Source of the DNA: Octopus sinensis
Lineage: Eukaryota
Direction: 5' to 3'
Assembly: GCF_006345805.1 (NCBI RefSeq)
Contig: NC_043022.1
Coordinates: 6,448,001 to 6,512,000 of the forward strand
DNA: 64,000 nucleotides
Program-made: the position numbers and the translations under genes
In this document: positions 38,167 through 50,816 of the stretch, piece after piece
How the letters are laid out: each line of letters opens with the position of its first letter
How positions within the stretch are numbered: the stretch's first letter is position 1
Notes under the pieces: model-generated
The model's input: the letters and a program-made list of their open reading frames with translations, nothing else
What the model was told of the DNA's origin: nothing
The model's database searches: none

Positions 38167-41100
38167 CTGGAAGGTAAGTTGGTGGTCCTCGACGTGGACG
38201 GTAGTGACGGCGGTGCTTTCAGACTGCTGGCTGCCTACGCTCCGACAGGAGCAGGGCAGTCAGATTATTTCAAACGTCTGGAAGTTTTCCTAGGAATGTT
38301 ACGCACTCTAGTGCTAGTTGGGGATTGGAACGCTGTCTTAGACGAACGTCTCGATCGGGTGGGCAGGGAAGCATCTGATAGGAGAGCGGGATGCAAGAGC
38401 CTTGCCAACCTGCTCGGGCGCTTTCAGCTGTCCGACAGGTTTCGACTAGACAACCCGAATGTGCCAATGTGGACTTGGACCAATCGCATCGGGTCGTCTA
38501 GATCGTACTTAGATAGAGTGTTTTGTAGGCCAGCGGATAAGGACAGCATAGGGTGTCCACAATTCCACCTAGTCGACCACAAATTCGTGATCTGTACGGC
38601 CGACTTAGATAGGCTACATAGACAGGGACCCGGCTACTGGAAGCTGAACGCGTCGTTAACGGCGTGCAAAGCCTACAGAGACCGGATTAGTTTATTAGTT
38701 AAGCGGGCGCTCACAAGGGCAATCATCAACAACAACTGGTGGTTTGCCTTCAAGAGAGCAATTAGAGTAGAGTCAATTAGATTTAGTAAGACTCTAGCTA
38801 TTGAAGAGCGAGCGGGGTTTAGTTAAGAAACTAGACGAGGCTCTTGAGACTGGCATCGCGACTGACGTGTTGGCGGCAAGGTTGGCCCTTGACCAACACT
38901 TTGACACCAAACATGAAGGCTGCATTGTCAGAGCTAAGGCACGTTCGCCAAGCGGGGAGGGGACTAGAGCTGCTCGATGGGCCCGCGTGGCAGAGGCGAG
39001 GCGAGGCAACAAAGCAACCATTCGGTCTTTGGCGGACCAGAACGGGCGCGAGGTTACCGAACCGAAGCAGATGTGTGCGGTGTTTCAGCGGCACTTTACT
39101 CAACTGTTTGGGATGAGCGGTGGAATGGACAACGGTACAGACTTTGGTGTGTACCTGGATGGCCTACCGCAACTCTCGGACAGCGAGGCAGAGTGCTGCG
39201 AAGGACTGATATCTGCCTGGGAAGTGGAGGAAGCAATGAAGAGTTGCACGAGAGGTAGATCGCTGGGTTTGGATGGTCTGCCCTACGAGCTTTACACTTC
39301 AATGCCAGACTTGTTTGCGGGCCTGTTGGCAAACGTCTGCTGCAACTGGCAGCAAAACGGGAGAATTCCTGCTTTTGTCTGTCGAGGGGTGGTGGCTTTG
39401 CTGAGAAAGGACCCAAACAAGGGGGACGTTATAGGGAATTTTCGGCCCATCACTCTGCTCAATGCAGAGTTGAAGATTTTGGCGAAGGTGCTAGCCAAGA
39501 GATTGGCGCTTGTCGTGGACAAGCTGGTTGGCAAGACGCCTTGCCGACCAGGTCGATATACGACAATCTCCATCTCATGCGCTACATCATAGAGAGGGTG
39601 GGTAACGACGCTGGCGCAGGTGGGGCTTTGATCAATTTAGATCAGAGTAAAGCCTTCGATAGGGTCAACCATCGGTACCTGGCAGCTGGCTTCGGTCCAG
39701 TCTTCCGCGGGTGGATCGCTGCTTGATACAGCAACATCTGCTCGGTGATACGGGTGAACGGTCACCTTTCGGAACCGTTTTTACATCTCGCGTTCAGTCC
39801 GCCAAGGATGTCCTCTCTCCTCCCTCTCGTACGTATTGACTCTCGAGCCATTACTGCGCAACTTGGAGGCTTTACTCTGATCTAAATTGATCAAAGCCCC
39901 ACCTGCGCCAGCGTCGTTACCCACCCTCTCTATGATGTAGCACATGAGGCTTTGAGGGGTATCTATGATGTAGCGGGGAGGCTTTGAGGGGTATCCCGCG
40001 TGATCTAGGAGATGAAAACAGCGTGTCTGCCTATGCCGATGACGTCACCGTGATGGTGTCGAGTCACAGGCACATTGACCTGATTGGCGAGACACTAAAC
40101 AAGTCGTAAGCGGTGACGGTGCAAAGTTAATGCGGAAAAGTCGTGGGCGCAACTGGGCACCTGGAGAGGCAAAAGATGCCGTCCAACAGCGTCGTAGGGC
40201 GCTGGACAGAGGACCCGTTAAACTGCTCGGGGTCTGGTTCGGTCCGGACCTCCAAGAGGATAAAAACGGGAAGAAGTGACGAACAGGTGGCACGTCTCAC
40301 CCAGAAATGGGCCGAGAGAAAGCGTCCCTGAAAGGCAGAGCGGAGGTGGCGAATGCATACATCGCATCCGTCATCTATTACCGCTTGAAAGTCGTCCCTT
40401 GTCACAACCGCTGGGACCAAGCTGGTACGCCTGCACTTCGACATTTTGTGGCAGGGTCAGGTGCCACTGGTCAGGTGACCATCTGCTGTCAAAAAACCGC
40501 TGAACGGAGGCCTTCGCACCGGGTTACTGATGCGCAGACCATGCGCTCAGCTACGGCATCTCAAGCGTTTCCTAGACGGTGAACAGGTGTGGTCGTCTTT
40601 TGTCAGACGCGACTTTCCGCAGCTCGTCTCTTTCACAGAGCTGCAGACCTGGATCAAATAGGACGAGAAAGGGCGCTTGGCACCTCGAGTGCCGTCAAGC
40701 TACTCCGCCCTCCGTCAGGCGGGAATGCGATCGGTTTTAATACCACTCTAGTGTTCTATAGAGGGTTGTGGAGGAAAAATGTGACGGTTCTCAGGGAACT
40801 CTAGGCTTGATGATAATGAACTGGAGCGGTCTGTTTGGAAGAACTTTCGGTTGGAGCCAATGGATAATTTCCAAAGGTCCCTCGCCTGGCAGTGCTACTG
40901 AGGAGCTCTGCCTGTTCGAGGATAAACTCTACCGGCACGGAAGTGCTGTCAGCCGGGCCTGCCCGAGGTGTTGCCAGGACGATAAACCGTTCTGCACGCA
41001 CTCGTCCAGTGCGAGTATTGCTGAACTATGGGTTTAATCGAACACTAGTTACGTATAGAACGGATCCGGCTATCAGGCCAAACCATAGGGAAGATTGCCC

Positions 41101-41640
41101 CGCCGACCTCCTTTAACAAGGAGGGCGAGGCCGTTCTTCCTGTGCCTAGTGGCTGTGGCGAAAAAGGTTATAGGTGGACCGTTTGAAAGGGCTAAGTCAG
41201 ACACTTTCCTCTTTGGTCAAGGCCTCATCAACTTTTTCAAGTTTCACTTGAAAAGGAAGATGAGGTTAGAGAGGAGAGTGCGTCTGTGATAGCAAGTTTT
41301 CTGAAAGGTGGGTGAATGTGTGCAAGAATGACCAGTATAAATGGACCAATTCTCAGGTTTCGCCTGTAATTGAAAAAGGTATTATAAAAGGAGAAAGGGG
41401 CTCTCTACCCACCTTTTGACCAGGCTCCCATTGGCTTTTATGGGTTTTTCCACCAGGAACCTTTCATAACGCCTCCCCCTATTGGGAGTTTTTCGTTGTT
41501 ATAATTTTTGATTGTTACACTGTTTTTACACGATTTTTTCACAAACGGACAAAACCATTTGTAACTTTTCGTCCTGTTTTGTCCCTTTAGGTTTTCCAAT
41601 CATGTTTGTCAGCCCTTGTGGCCAATAAAAAGAATTTATT
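38167..41640 (+). mobile_element. Tx1/L1-clade LINE (ORF2 pseudogene, 5'-truncated)
   Basis: APE endonuclease (AAYAP, GDWN, YLDRVF, DHK), RT (GLDGLPYELY, FRPITLLN, LDQSKAFDRV, RQGCPLS), C-terminal CPRC; multiple frameshifts; 3' AATAAA then (TTA)n. Confidence 0.9.
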
Positions 41641-41672
41641 ATTATTATTATTATTTTAACTGAACGCGACAG

Positions 41673-41710
<38 letters not shown>

Positions 41711-42254
41711 TAAACAGCCGAAATCTGCGATGAGGGATCAGTTTCTGAGTTTCTGACTGAAGAATGAAGGCTTTGAATGACCCGCTTGTCTTTTTGTTCG
41801 TCCCTTCGTGTATTTCACGTTATTTATTTATGTAAAGGTTTATTATATATATAATATATATATATATATAACTATATATATAATATATATATATAACGTG
41901 AGTTCATGGCTATTTTCTGCACTAGCTTCACATAGCAGCCCCAGCCCTTCCAAAGTACTTTGGATCGCAGGACGACCTGCTGTGCTTACCTTGGATTGTA
42001 GGGCGACCTGCTGTGCTCGAGGAGACTTACTGAGTCAAGTACATCAACATCAAAATAAAAATCAAATGGAAATTGTAGTTGTGATACCCGTGCCGGTGGC
42101 ACGTAAAAAGCACCAACCGATCGTGGCCGTTGCCAGCCTCCACTGGCACCTGTGCCGTTGACACGTAAAAAGCACCCACTACACTCACGGAATGGTTGGC
42201 GTTAGGAAGGGCATTCAGTCGTAGAAAGACTGCCAGGTCAGATTGGTGTATGCG

Positions 42255-43760
42255 AACATCAGTCATCGTGTCTGGATGTGGGTAGGTGAGGCCATAAGGG
42301 ATTACGAAGCGGTGGCAGGAGAAAAAATCAACTGGGATAAATCAGTCGGCACCTGGAGAGGCAAGTCAATGCTGCTCAACAGCGTCGTGGAATGTTGGAC
42401 GGATGGACCGGTAAAAATGCTAGCGGTCTAGTTTGGACCAGACCTCCAGATAGAGAACTAGAGTGACGTGGCAAGCAGGGTTGCTTTCATAACTCAAACC
42501 TGGTCTGAGTGGAAGCTATCCCTGAAAAGGAGGGCGGAGGTTGCAGGTATGTTTATCGCATCTGTAATTACCTATCGCCTGACCGCCATGCCTTGCTCAG
42601 ATTCGTGGCTAAACAAGTTGGAACGCATGCTCTTCCGCTTTTTGTGGAGGGACAAGGGACCTCTTGTAAGGCGCTCTATTTGCTGCCAACAACCGCTAAA
42701 GGGTGGGCTGGGGATACCGTGGCTAAAAATGCACTGGCATGCTCTGAGACTGGGGCATCTCTGGCTCTACCTGGACGGTGTGCAGGTGTTATCTCTGTTC
42801 ACCAGACTTTTGTTTCTGCAGTTTACCTCTTTTAGTGAATTGAACCCATGGATTAAGCGTAGACCTAAGTTGGGGGCATGGCAAGCAGAGTGTTGTCAGG
42901 CACTCATGCTTCTCTCCCAGACGAGTAACGCCGGCAGCGGGAGTTCCACCTCGTCCTTTTATAGAGGGTTGGTAGAGTTCAAGTGTGACGATGCCCTGGG
43001 AGAAACCTTAGGCTTCGATGATTGTCAACTCGATGGCCTATACCGGAGAACATTCGGGCAAGGGCCTATGGACAATTTCCAAAAGTTCCTGGCAATGTTA
43101 CGGAGGAGCCTTAGCTGTTTGGGACAAACTCTACAGGCATGGTTCTTCATCTACGCCAACTTGTCCAAGATGCGAGCAGGACAGTGAAACTGTTCTGCAT
43201 GCAATTGTGCAATGTCCGAAGATTTCGGAACTTTGGGTTTATGCTGTCATGACTGAGAAGAGTTCAACTGTCAACCGAGTCTATAATTAAGATTGTTCCG
43301 CCGTCTTCTCTGAATAGGGAAGAGGTTTGTTTCCTCTGTGTAGTAGCTACTGCGAAGGAGGTTGCATGGAAGACGCGAATGAAAGGGATCATGACAGCCA
43401 TTTTCATCTCCAGCCTTGCGTTGGTCAACTTCTTTCTTTTCCACATGGAAAGAAAAATAAAGCTGGAGACAAGATGCCTGTGGCGTGGAATGTTTCGGAA
43501 AAGACGGAAGACTGTAGTAAGTTTGGTGAGGGTGAATGAACCTGTTTGAGCGGCGAGAACATAAGGGGTCTATCAGGGATTCAGTGCTGGAATGTTGAGT
43601 CGGCCACGTTCCTCACTCCATTTTTGTTAATTCATCCAATTACATACTCACCCGCCATTATTTTTAATTAACATATTGTTGTACCATTCGTTCCCCGATC
43701 CCTTGTCTGTACTTATATTGTCCCCCTCTGTATTTTTGACCACGATGGTTAATAAGGGAT
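42255..43760 (+). mobile_element. Second, divergent Tx1-clade LINE 3' fragment
   Basis: KINWDKS, KLSLKRRAEV, GGLGIP, CPRC..ETVLHA motifs, homologous to 40100-41300. Confidence 0.85.
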
Positions 43761-43922
43761 AGAGTTTGAAAATGGCCATTTGAACCTTGAAACTCAGACC
43801 AGAGTCGCTCACTATAAACATTATCATTAAAATTAAAATTATCTAAAGAAAGCCATCGCTACTCATTTTTTCAAGCATATAATACTGTACCAAGAACTTC
43901 CTTTTTTTTATCCTACTATATA

Positions 43923-44370
43923 TCTCTCTCTATATAAACGGCAGTTTGTCTGTCTGTCAGGTTGTACCCTCACTCTGACCACGGCTTTCAACCGATTCTG
44001 ATGAAACTTGACACACACATAGCCCAATGTCATAATTCAAAACTGACGCAGCGAAAATTTTGAAAAGTTCCCCCAGTTCTGAAAAAATCGATAAATTCGA
44101 CATGGGGTCGAGAATCTAAGCTTTTTATATGCAACACATTTTCTGGGCTGTACGTGGGCTGTTCATGCGTTGGGAGGCACAATGATGTTTTCATGTTTTC
44201 GCCCAAAGGGACAGCTAGGAACATTGTATACACAGAAGTATTCGAGTGAAGAGAAGACATTGCAACCTACACATGCGCCTTCGTTCCCTAGAGGGAAAGG
44301 ACTAGATTGGGATTAGTCGTTGCCTACTAGGGGCTCTTACATACCCGTGCAACACCGGGCTATGCTGCTA

Positions 44371-44371
<1 letters not shown>
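43923..44371 (+). mobile_element. Helitron internal-deletion derivative retaining the helicase C-terminus
   Basis: A|TC and CTAG|T ends; 44145-44249 encodes GLYVGCSCVGRHNDVFMFSPKGTARNIVYTEVFE*, resembling the RepHel C-terminal GQLYVA.SRV...NIVY.EV motif. Confidence 0.8.
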
Positions 44372-44404
<33 letters not shown>

Positions 44405-45311
44405 CATATATAATGCATATTTATGTATATTCCAGCTCCGACAAATCTCATTTTGTAGAATCCGTCCACAAGGGACATAACTCTTTGACAGACTTGAGAA
44501 TGCAGTCCATTCTGGCGACTGTTAATGTCCGAAACAATTAAACTGCAAGAGGCTGGGCTAGGGACTGTTTAATAAGTTCATTAACAGAGAGGAAGGGTTT
44601 AAGGTTTCTGACCCTGAGAGTGGGGGGCTGTTGGAAAGATAAAATACCCTGACTTAGCAATTCAACAAAGAGAAAAGCAGATTTTTAATAAGCCCCAGGG
44701 TTAGTATGGTCAACTGAAATGATGCTCCAACATGGCCACATTCCAAAAAGTGATACTGATTAAACAGAAATATCAAATACATTCCAGCCACGACCATCTC
44801 ATCATATATCAAATTACTTTATCAAATGTATCCTTCCTTTCATCAGACAGCTATCGTGTGAGGGAGAGTTCACTTCCATTTCTTGCAAGCCAAAGGACCA
44901 CATACAGATTTGGCAGTGTAATTCCCCAAGCACCAAATCAGCTTTAATTAAGCAGAGTTAATCATTAATTAACCCATTAATATTCGTCATCAACATCATC
45001 CTCCTTTACCATTCTTGTTCCCTGCTGGCATGGGTTGGACGGTCTGACAAGAGCTTGACCAGTCAGAGCTGCACCTGGTTTCACCTGTCCTTTTTGGCAT
45101 GGTCTCTGCAACTGGATGCCCTTCCTAAGATCACGCACTTCACAGTGGACTGGGTGCTTTTTCATGTGACACCAACACCCCAGCAGGGTTTACAAGACAA
45201 AGAGCTCTCAGTTGGAAGAGGGCCTGGTACTGAGGGAGGAGGTTTTGTGCTGGTTGGGAGGTTTAAGTATAAGAGGGGGAGAGAGATGGATGTCTTACTA
45301 GAGAGGAGGTA

Positions 45312-45623
45312 CTTGGTTATGCTTGTAGGAAAAAAAAAAAAGAGGGAACAATAGAGAGGCAGACAGGGATTGTTTATTTTTAGGACATTGTAGGGTTGGT
45401 GCAAGTGGTCAGATCAGATTGATTTCAACATTAAATAAGCTCTTGTCAAGCCATCCAACCCATGCCTTGGTTATGCTTGTAGGAAAAAAAGAAAAAAGGA
45501 GGGAACAATAGAGAGGCAGACAGGGATTGTTTATTTTTAGGACATTGTAGGGTTGGTGCAAGTGGTCAGATCGGGTTGATTTCAACATTAAACAAGCTCT
45601 TGTCAAGCCATCCAACCCATGCC
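45312..45623. repeat. Tandem duplication of ~155 bp
   Basis: 45312-45465 and 45466-45623 are near-identical. Confidence 0.9.
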
Positions 45624-46490
45624 AGCAGGGAAAGAGGATTTTACAGGAGGAGGATATTGCTGGTTTCGCAGCTGGCATGGGTTCAACTTGTCTCAGTTAT
45701 TATCACATAGCATTCATAGTCAGACACAGTAGTCCCCATTAGTATTACTATTATCCAAGGCACATGGCTCAGTGGTTAGATCATTAGGCTTTCAATCACA
45801 AGGGAGTGAGTTCAATTCCCAGACATGGCTGTGTGTTGTGTTTTTGAGCCAGACACTTTATTTCACGTTGCTCCAGGGCATAATAACGATGATGATGATG
45901 ATGATGATGATGAGCATGATGACGATCAGGTTGATAATTAGAGTAGTAGTAGTAGTAGTAGTAGCAGCAATGATAATTATGAAATTAACCAAACTTCAAT
46001 TAGTCTAATTGTTTTAGTGCCATTTTTTTTTGGCAGATTATAATCACTAAATAAAAAAAATGCATATACTATATACATATAAAACGTGTGCTTATACTCT
46101 TTACTCTTTTACTTGTTTCAGTCATTTGACTGCGGCCATGCTGGAGCACCGCCTTTAGTCGAGCAAATCGATCCCGGGACTTATTCTTTGTAAGCCCAGT
46201 ACTTATTCTATTGGTCTCTTTTGCTGAACCGCTAAGTAACGGGGACGTAAACACACCAGCATCGGTTGTCAAGCAATGCTAGGGGGACAAACACAGACAC
46301 ACAAATACATATATATATACATATATACGACAGGCTTCTTTCAGTTTCCGTCTACCAAATCCACCCACAAGGCATTGGTCGGCCCGGGGCTATAGCAGAA
46401 GACACTTGCCCAAGATGCCACACAGTGGGACTGAACCCGGAACCATGTGGTTAGTTAGCAAGCTACTTACCACGCAGCCACTCCTGCGCC

Positions 46491-46547
<57 letters not shown>

Positions 46548-47559
46548 ATTATATCTAATATCATCATCATCATCATCCACTCTGCTGGGTGGTTGGGGTT
46601 AGAAAGGGCATCCAGCTGTAAAAGCCTGCCAAAGCAGTCACAGATGTCTGGTGCAGGGTTCTGCCTGGCCAGCTCTTGTAAAACCATCCCACCCATGCCA
46701 GTACGGAAGACGACGGACATTAAACACTGATGATGATGATGATGATGATAATATCACATAATATAATATATATATATATATATGTTATATACATATACAT
46801 ATATATATATTACGTTTATATATGGATATGTTTTTGTGTGTATATTTTGTATACCCAAAAAAAGTGCGGAGGCTAAATGATGTTTCATATAGATATATTA
46901 TGTATACATTACATATATATATACACATATATAAAATGTATATTTATTTTTTAAAAAATGGAATATAAAATGAAATACAATATATACACATAAATACATC
47001 ATACATACATATAAATACATATATATACATACACACTATTACATATATATATGCACAGACATATACAGTATGTATAAATATACATACACACACACACATA
47101 CAGTATGTATAGATATACATACATACACACACACACATTATATAAATATACACACACACATACAGTATGTATAGATATACATACACACACACACATTACA
47201 TATATATACACACACACATACATACACACACAATTACATATTTATACCTATATATATACATACATGTGTGTGTATATATATATATATACCACACACACAT
47301 TTTTGTTTTTCACTTACACCAACAAATGTCTTGTTTGTTCCTTTTTTTTAGGTATGAATAGTCTTCATGTTGAATTAGATTTTTAAAATACTTTCATCAA
47401 CTGGAATCAAGTTTTCCCATCGTTAACTTATTTTCCGGTGTGGCTAATTACTGTCATTATATTATTAACCAGCAAACATTTTCTCGGTCTTTAAATAGTT
47501 TTATATTTAGTCATTTTTCTTTTTCTTTTTGCCATTCCAGTTTCACTCGTTACCATTCG

Positions 47560-48165
47560 GGCTACCCTCGTCAAATATAATGCTCATTATTTATTCACAT
47601 TGTTTTAAATTAATCATCTATTATCTCATTACTTTGAGATTTCGAAGATGCGATTGTTTACTTTTAGAATGACATTGTAGGGTAGGTATGAGAGGCAGGA
47701 TCTGGTCAGAATCAACATAAAACAGGGGTAGAATAATATGGCTGGACGTGGTCACTTGAACCCTCTAGCCTTTAGATTCCTCTGTTAAATGCTAATCCGT
47801 ATTAATTCACATTGTTTTGAATTAATCATGGATCATCTTGTAGCCTTGAGATTTCAACGATGGGATTGTTTTATTTCTAGAATGACATTGTAGGGTGGGT
47901 GTGAGAGGCTGGAGCTGGCCAGTGTGAATATAAAACAAGAAGAATGTTATGGCTGGATACAACTGAATCATTCAGATTTCTCTGTTAAATGCTAATCCTT
48001 ATTTATTCACATTGTTTTCAGTTAATCAGGGATTATCTCATATCTTTGAGATTTCAATGATGTGATTGTTTTATTTTTAGAATGATATTGTAGGGTGGGT
48101 GTGAGAGGCTGGACCTGACCAGGTTGGACTAGATATGACCAGTTTAAATGCTAAATGTTAATGGA
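47560..48165. repeat. Three tandem degenerate copies of the piggyBac-type MITE interior
   Basis: The ga(c/t)attgtagggt...gagaggc motif recurs near 47671, 47884 and 48083. Confidence 0.7.
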
Positions 48166-48462
48166 TTTTTGCTTTTTCTTCTTTCTGTTTCATTTTTCAT
48201 TCTCTGAAGCCCAAAGAGAAAATTTCTGCTGCAGATTGTAACCAAAGTCTGAAAACTGTGAAGAACCGATGATGAAGAAATCTTCACAATTAGTGCCAAG
48301 TCAGAATCTCACAACATTCTGGTTGTTTCCAGTCAAGAAACTTCCTTTTTCTTAACTGACAGTAGAGATTTATTTTGTGTGATAAAGTGATGGGCAAAAA
48401 AAAAAAGAAAAGAGTTTATGGCAAAAAAAAACTGATGCGGTTCAGAGCCATCATAATTGCAG

Positions 48463-48647
48463 CTAAGTGTGGTCTGTAAAGAACTGAACCAACTGATGCG
48501 TGACGTGTTTGGTGTAGTATGACGCTTGAGTGGCAGCACGTGAGAAATATAGGGAGAGCGGGAAGTCTCTGAGTAAGACTATGAGGATGAGGACAACATT
48601 AACAGCGATGCTGAAGGCCAGGAACATGGCTTTACTTGTTTTGGGAG
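48463..48647 (-). CDS. TMEM201: TMEM201/Samp1-like protein, terminal coding exon (C-terminal TM helix)
   Basis: Acceptor catcttttttcag, phase 1; FLAFSIAVNVVLILIVLL resembles the recalled human C-terminal LLAVSLAANALF; TAG at 48465-48463. Confidence 0.8.
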
Positions 48648-49578
48648 CTGAAAAAAGATGAAATAAGACATTAAAGGAAGAGACGGGAAAAGAAAGGAAA
48701 ATATTCAAACATTTGGAAAAAATACAAGTTGAGGAAAAAGATTTGGCGGAAAATGTACAGAACATATATAGGCGCAGGAGTGGCTGTGTGGTAAGTAGCT
48801 TGCCTACCAACCACATGGTTCCGGGTTCAGTCCCACTGCGTGGCACCTTGGGCAAGTGTCTTCTGCTATAGCCTCGGGCAGACCAAGGCCTTGTGAGTGG
48901 ATTTGGTAGACGGAAACTGAAAGAAGCCCGTCGTATATATATATATATGCGTGTGTCTGTGTCTGTCCCTCTAGCATTGCTTGACAACCGATGCTGGTGT
49001 GTTTATGTCCCCATCACTTAGCAGTTCGGCAAAAAGAGACCGATAGAATAAGTACTGGGCTTACAAAGAATAAGTCCCGGGGTCGAGTTGCTCGACTAAA
49101 GGCGGTGCTCCAGCATGGCCGCAGTCAAATGACTGAAACAAGTAAAAGGAAAGAGAGAAAGAGTCATCACGCAAACACATGTGTGTGTGTGTGTTTCTGG
49201 CCCTTTAGACATCCTCAGTGGCAAATACCAAGGGGAGATAACACTGGGCAGATTCAAAGCCATGGCTTACATGCGTGTGTATGCAGTGTGCATCAGGAAA
49301 TTATCTCACAGATGTGCTATGTCCATTTTAGTCTGATTTTTCCTGGCTGATGTCAGTACCCTGTGACTGGTGGCAGTACCCGTGCCGGTGGCATGTAAAA
49401 AGCATTATCCAAACATGATTGATGCCAGGCCCACCTGATTGATTGGCTCCTGTGCCAGTGGCATGTAAAAAGCACCTACTACACTCTCGGAGTGGTTGGC
49501 GTTAGGAAGGACATCCAGCTGTAGAAACCTTGCCAGATCAGATTGGATCCTGGTGTATATGTATATATATATATAATA

Positions 49579-49609
<31 letters not shown>

Positions 49610-50415
49610 CCAGTCAAACCGTCCAACCCATGCCAGCATCTAAAATGGACGTTAAACGATGATGATGATAACTAATCACCTATTTTGACCAACACAAGCC
49701 TGATTACAATGTTTTTCATAAGTGATATCTAATTTCTTTTTTTAGAATATATATTTATTGTGGGACGTCTTGTTTTTAAAGAAGCAAAAGTAGGTAAACG
49801 ATTTCATGACAATCAGTCGAGTGTCCATTTACTAGATGCGGTTGAGTATGTCTGAGTACATAAGCCTTACAGTATCCAAGACATGCAGTTATTACACCAC
49901 TGTGGTCCTCACTTTAGTTTACCGTGATTGTGGAAGCGCCAGTCTCTGAGAAACGTGTCAAATTATGTTAAAATTCTGCTTTCATCAAGAGATATCCCCG
50001 GCGATTATGTAACCTTGTAGCATTTGGAGTGACTTGATGATTTCTACTTGTGTTTAGAGTGGGCGGCATGGGATGTATAGCTAATGTTCCTTCAATATGC
50101 CTGTTTAAAATTCTAAAGAAATATTTAAAGATATATTTTTTCGGTTTTCTTTACAGGGCAGACACCAATTAGCAATGAATCCTGAAGCTGTGATTATGGC
50201 ACATTTTTAAAATTTATATAAAATAAAATTGGGTTTTGAAATAATTCTTAGTGTATCTGGAAAACACTAATTAACTAACACACCTGAAGCTATCTATGGT
50301 ACTACTTTCGTTCACAACCTACCTGTGCTACATGTGGCACTATTTGCTGTACTACTTTAATTAATTCACCTGTGTTACATGTTGTGCAATCTGTAGTAAT
50401 TAATTCACCACTCAC

Positions 50416-50667
50416 CTGTACTACGTGTGGTATTATCTGTGGTACTGTCTACTAAACAAGAATCTGTGTTTGATTTCTTCATTGAACTTTGAAAATCATT
50501 TTGTCTGTCAGATTTCTCAAATTGGTCATCAGAACCAAACTCATGACAGCTTTTAGAATCCGAAGGTTTAATTGAGAAAGAATCCGAGAACACAGAAGCT
50601 GTATCGTTGAACTGGTTGGAAGACGAGAACTTAGACGACGATAAGCTGTTCTTGTCAAGATACGTAC
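50416..50667 (-). CDS. TMEM201: TMEM201-like coding exon (252 nt, phase 1-1)
   Basis: Acceptor ctctctttcgaatttctag, donor GTGAGT; SMKKSNTDSCLVDSTT resembles human IKKEDDSSQSSTCVVDTTT. Confidence 0.85.
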
Positions 50668-50816
50668 CTAGAAATTCGAAAGAGAGAGATGGTTTAAAAC
50701 ACACGGCATAAACACAAACAAGGTGTGACACAACAAATAAAGACAAAATCAACAAGAGAAATATTCTACAGTTAAGTGACCTACACAACAGGGCCACTGT
50801 TTAGCATTTAAACCAC

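Noticed and set aside
44512-44545. Hammerhead-like CUGGCGA...GAAAC-AAUU
   Set aside because: A6 is mutated, stem II is poor and the GUH triplet is missing; at most a dead remnant.
47330-47420. Strong plus-strand acceptor-like tttttttag|gtatg
   Set aside because: Short frames and no upstream plus-strand exon found to connect to it.
49740-50250. Candidate alternative terminal exon for TMEM201
   Set aside because: Phase-1 readings from the available AGs stop quickly and lack the TM helix, which is found at 48647-48463.
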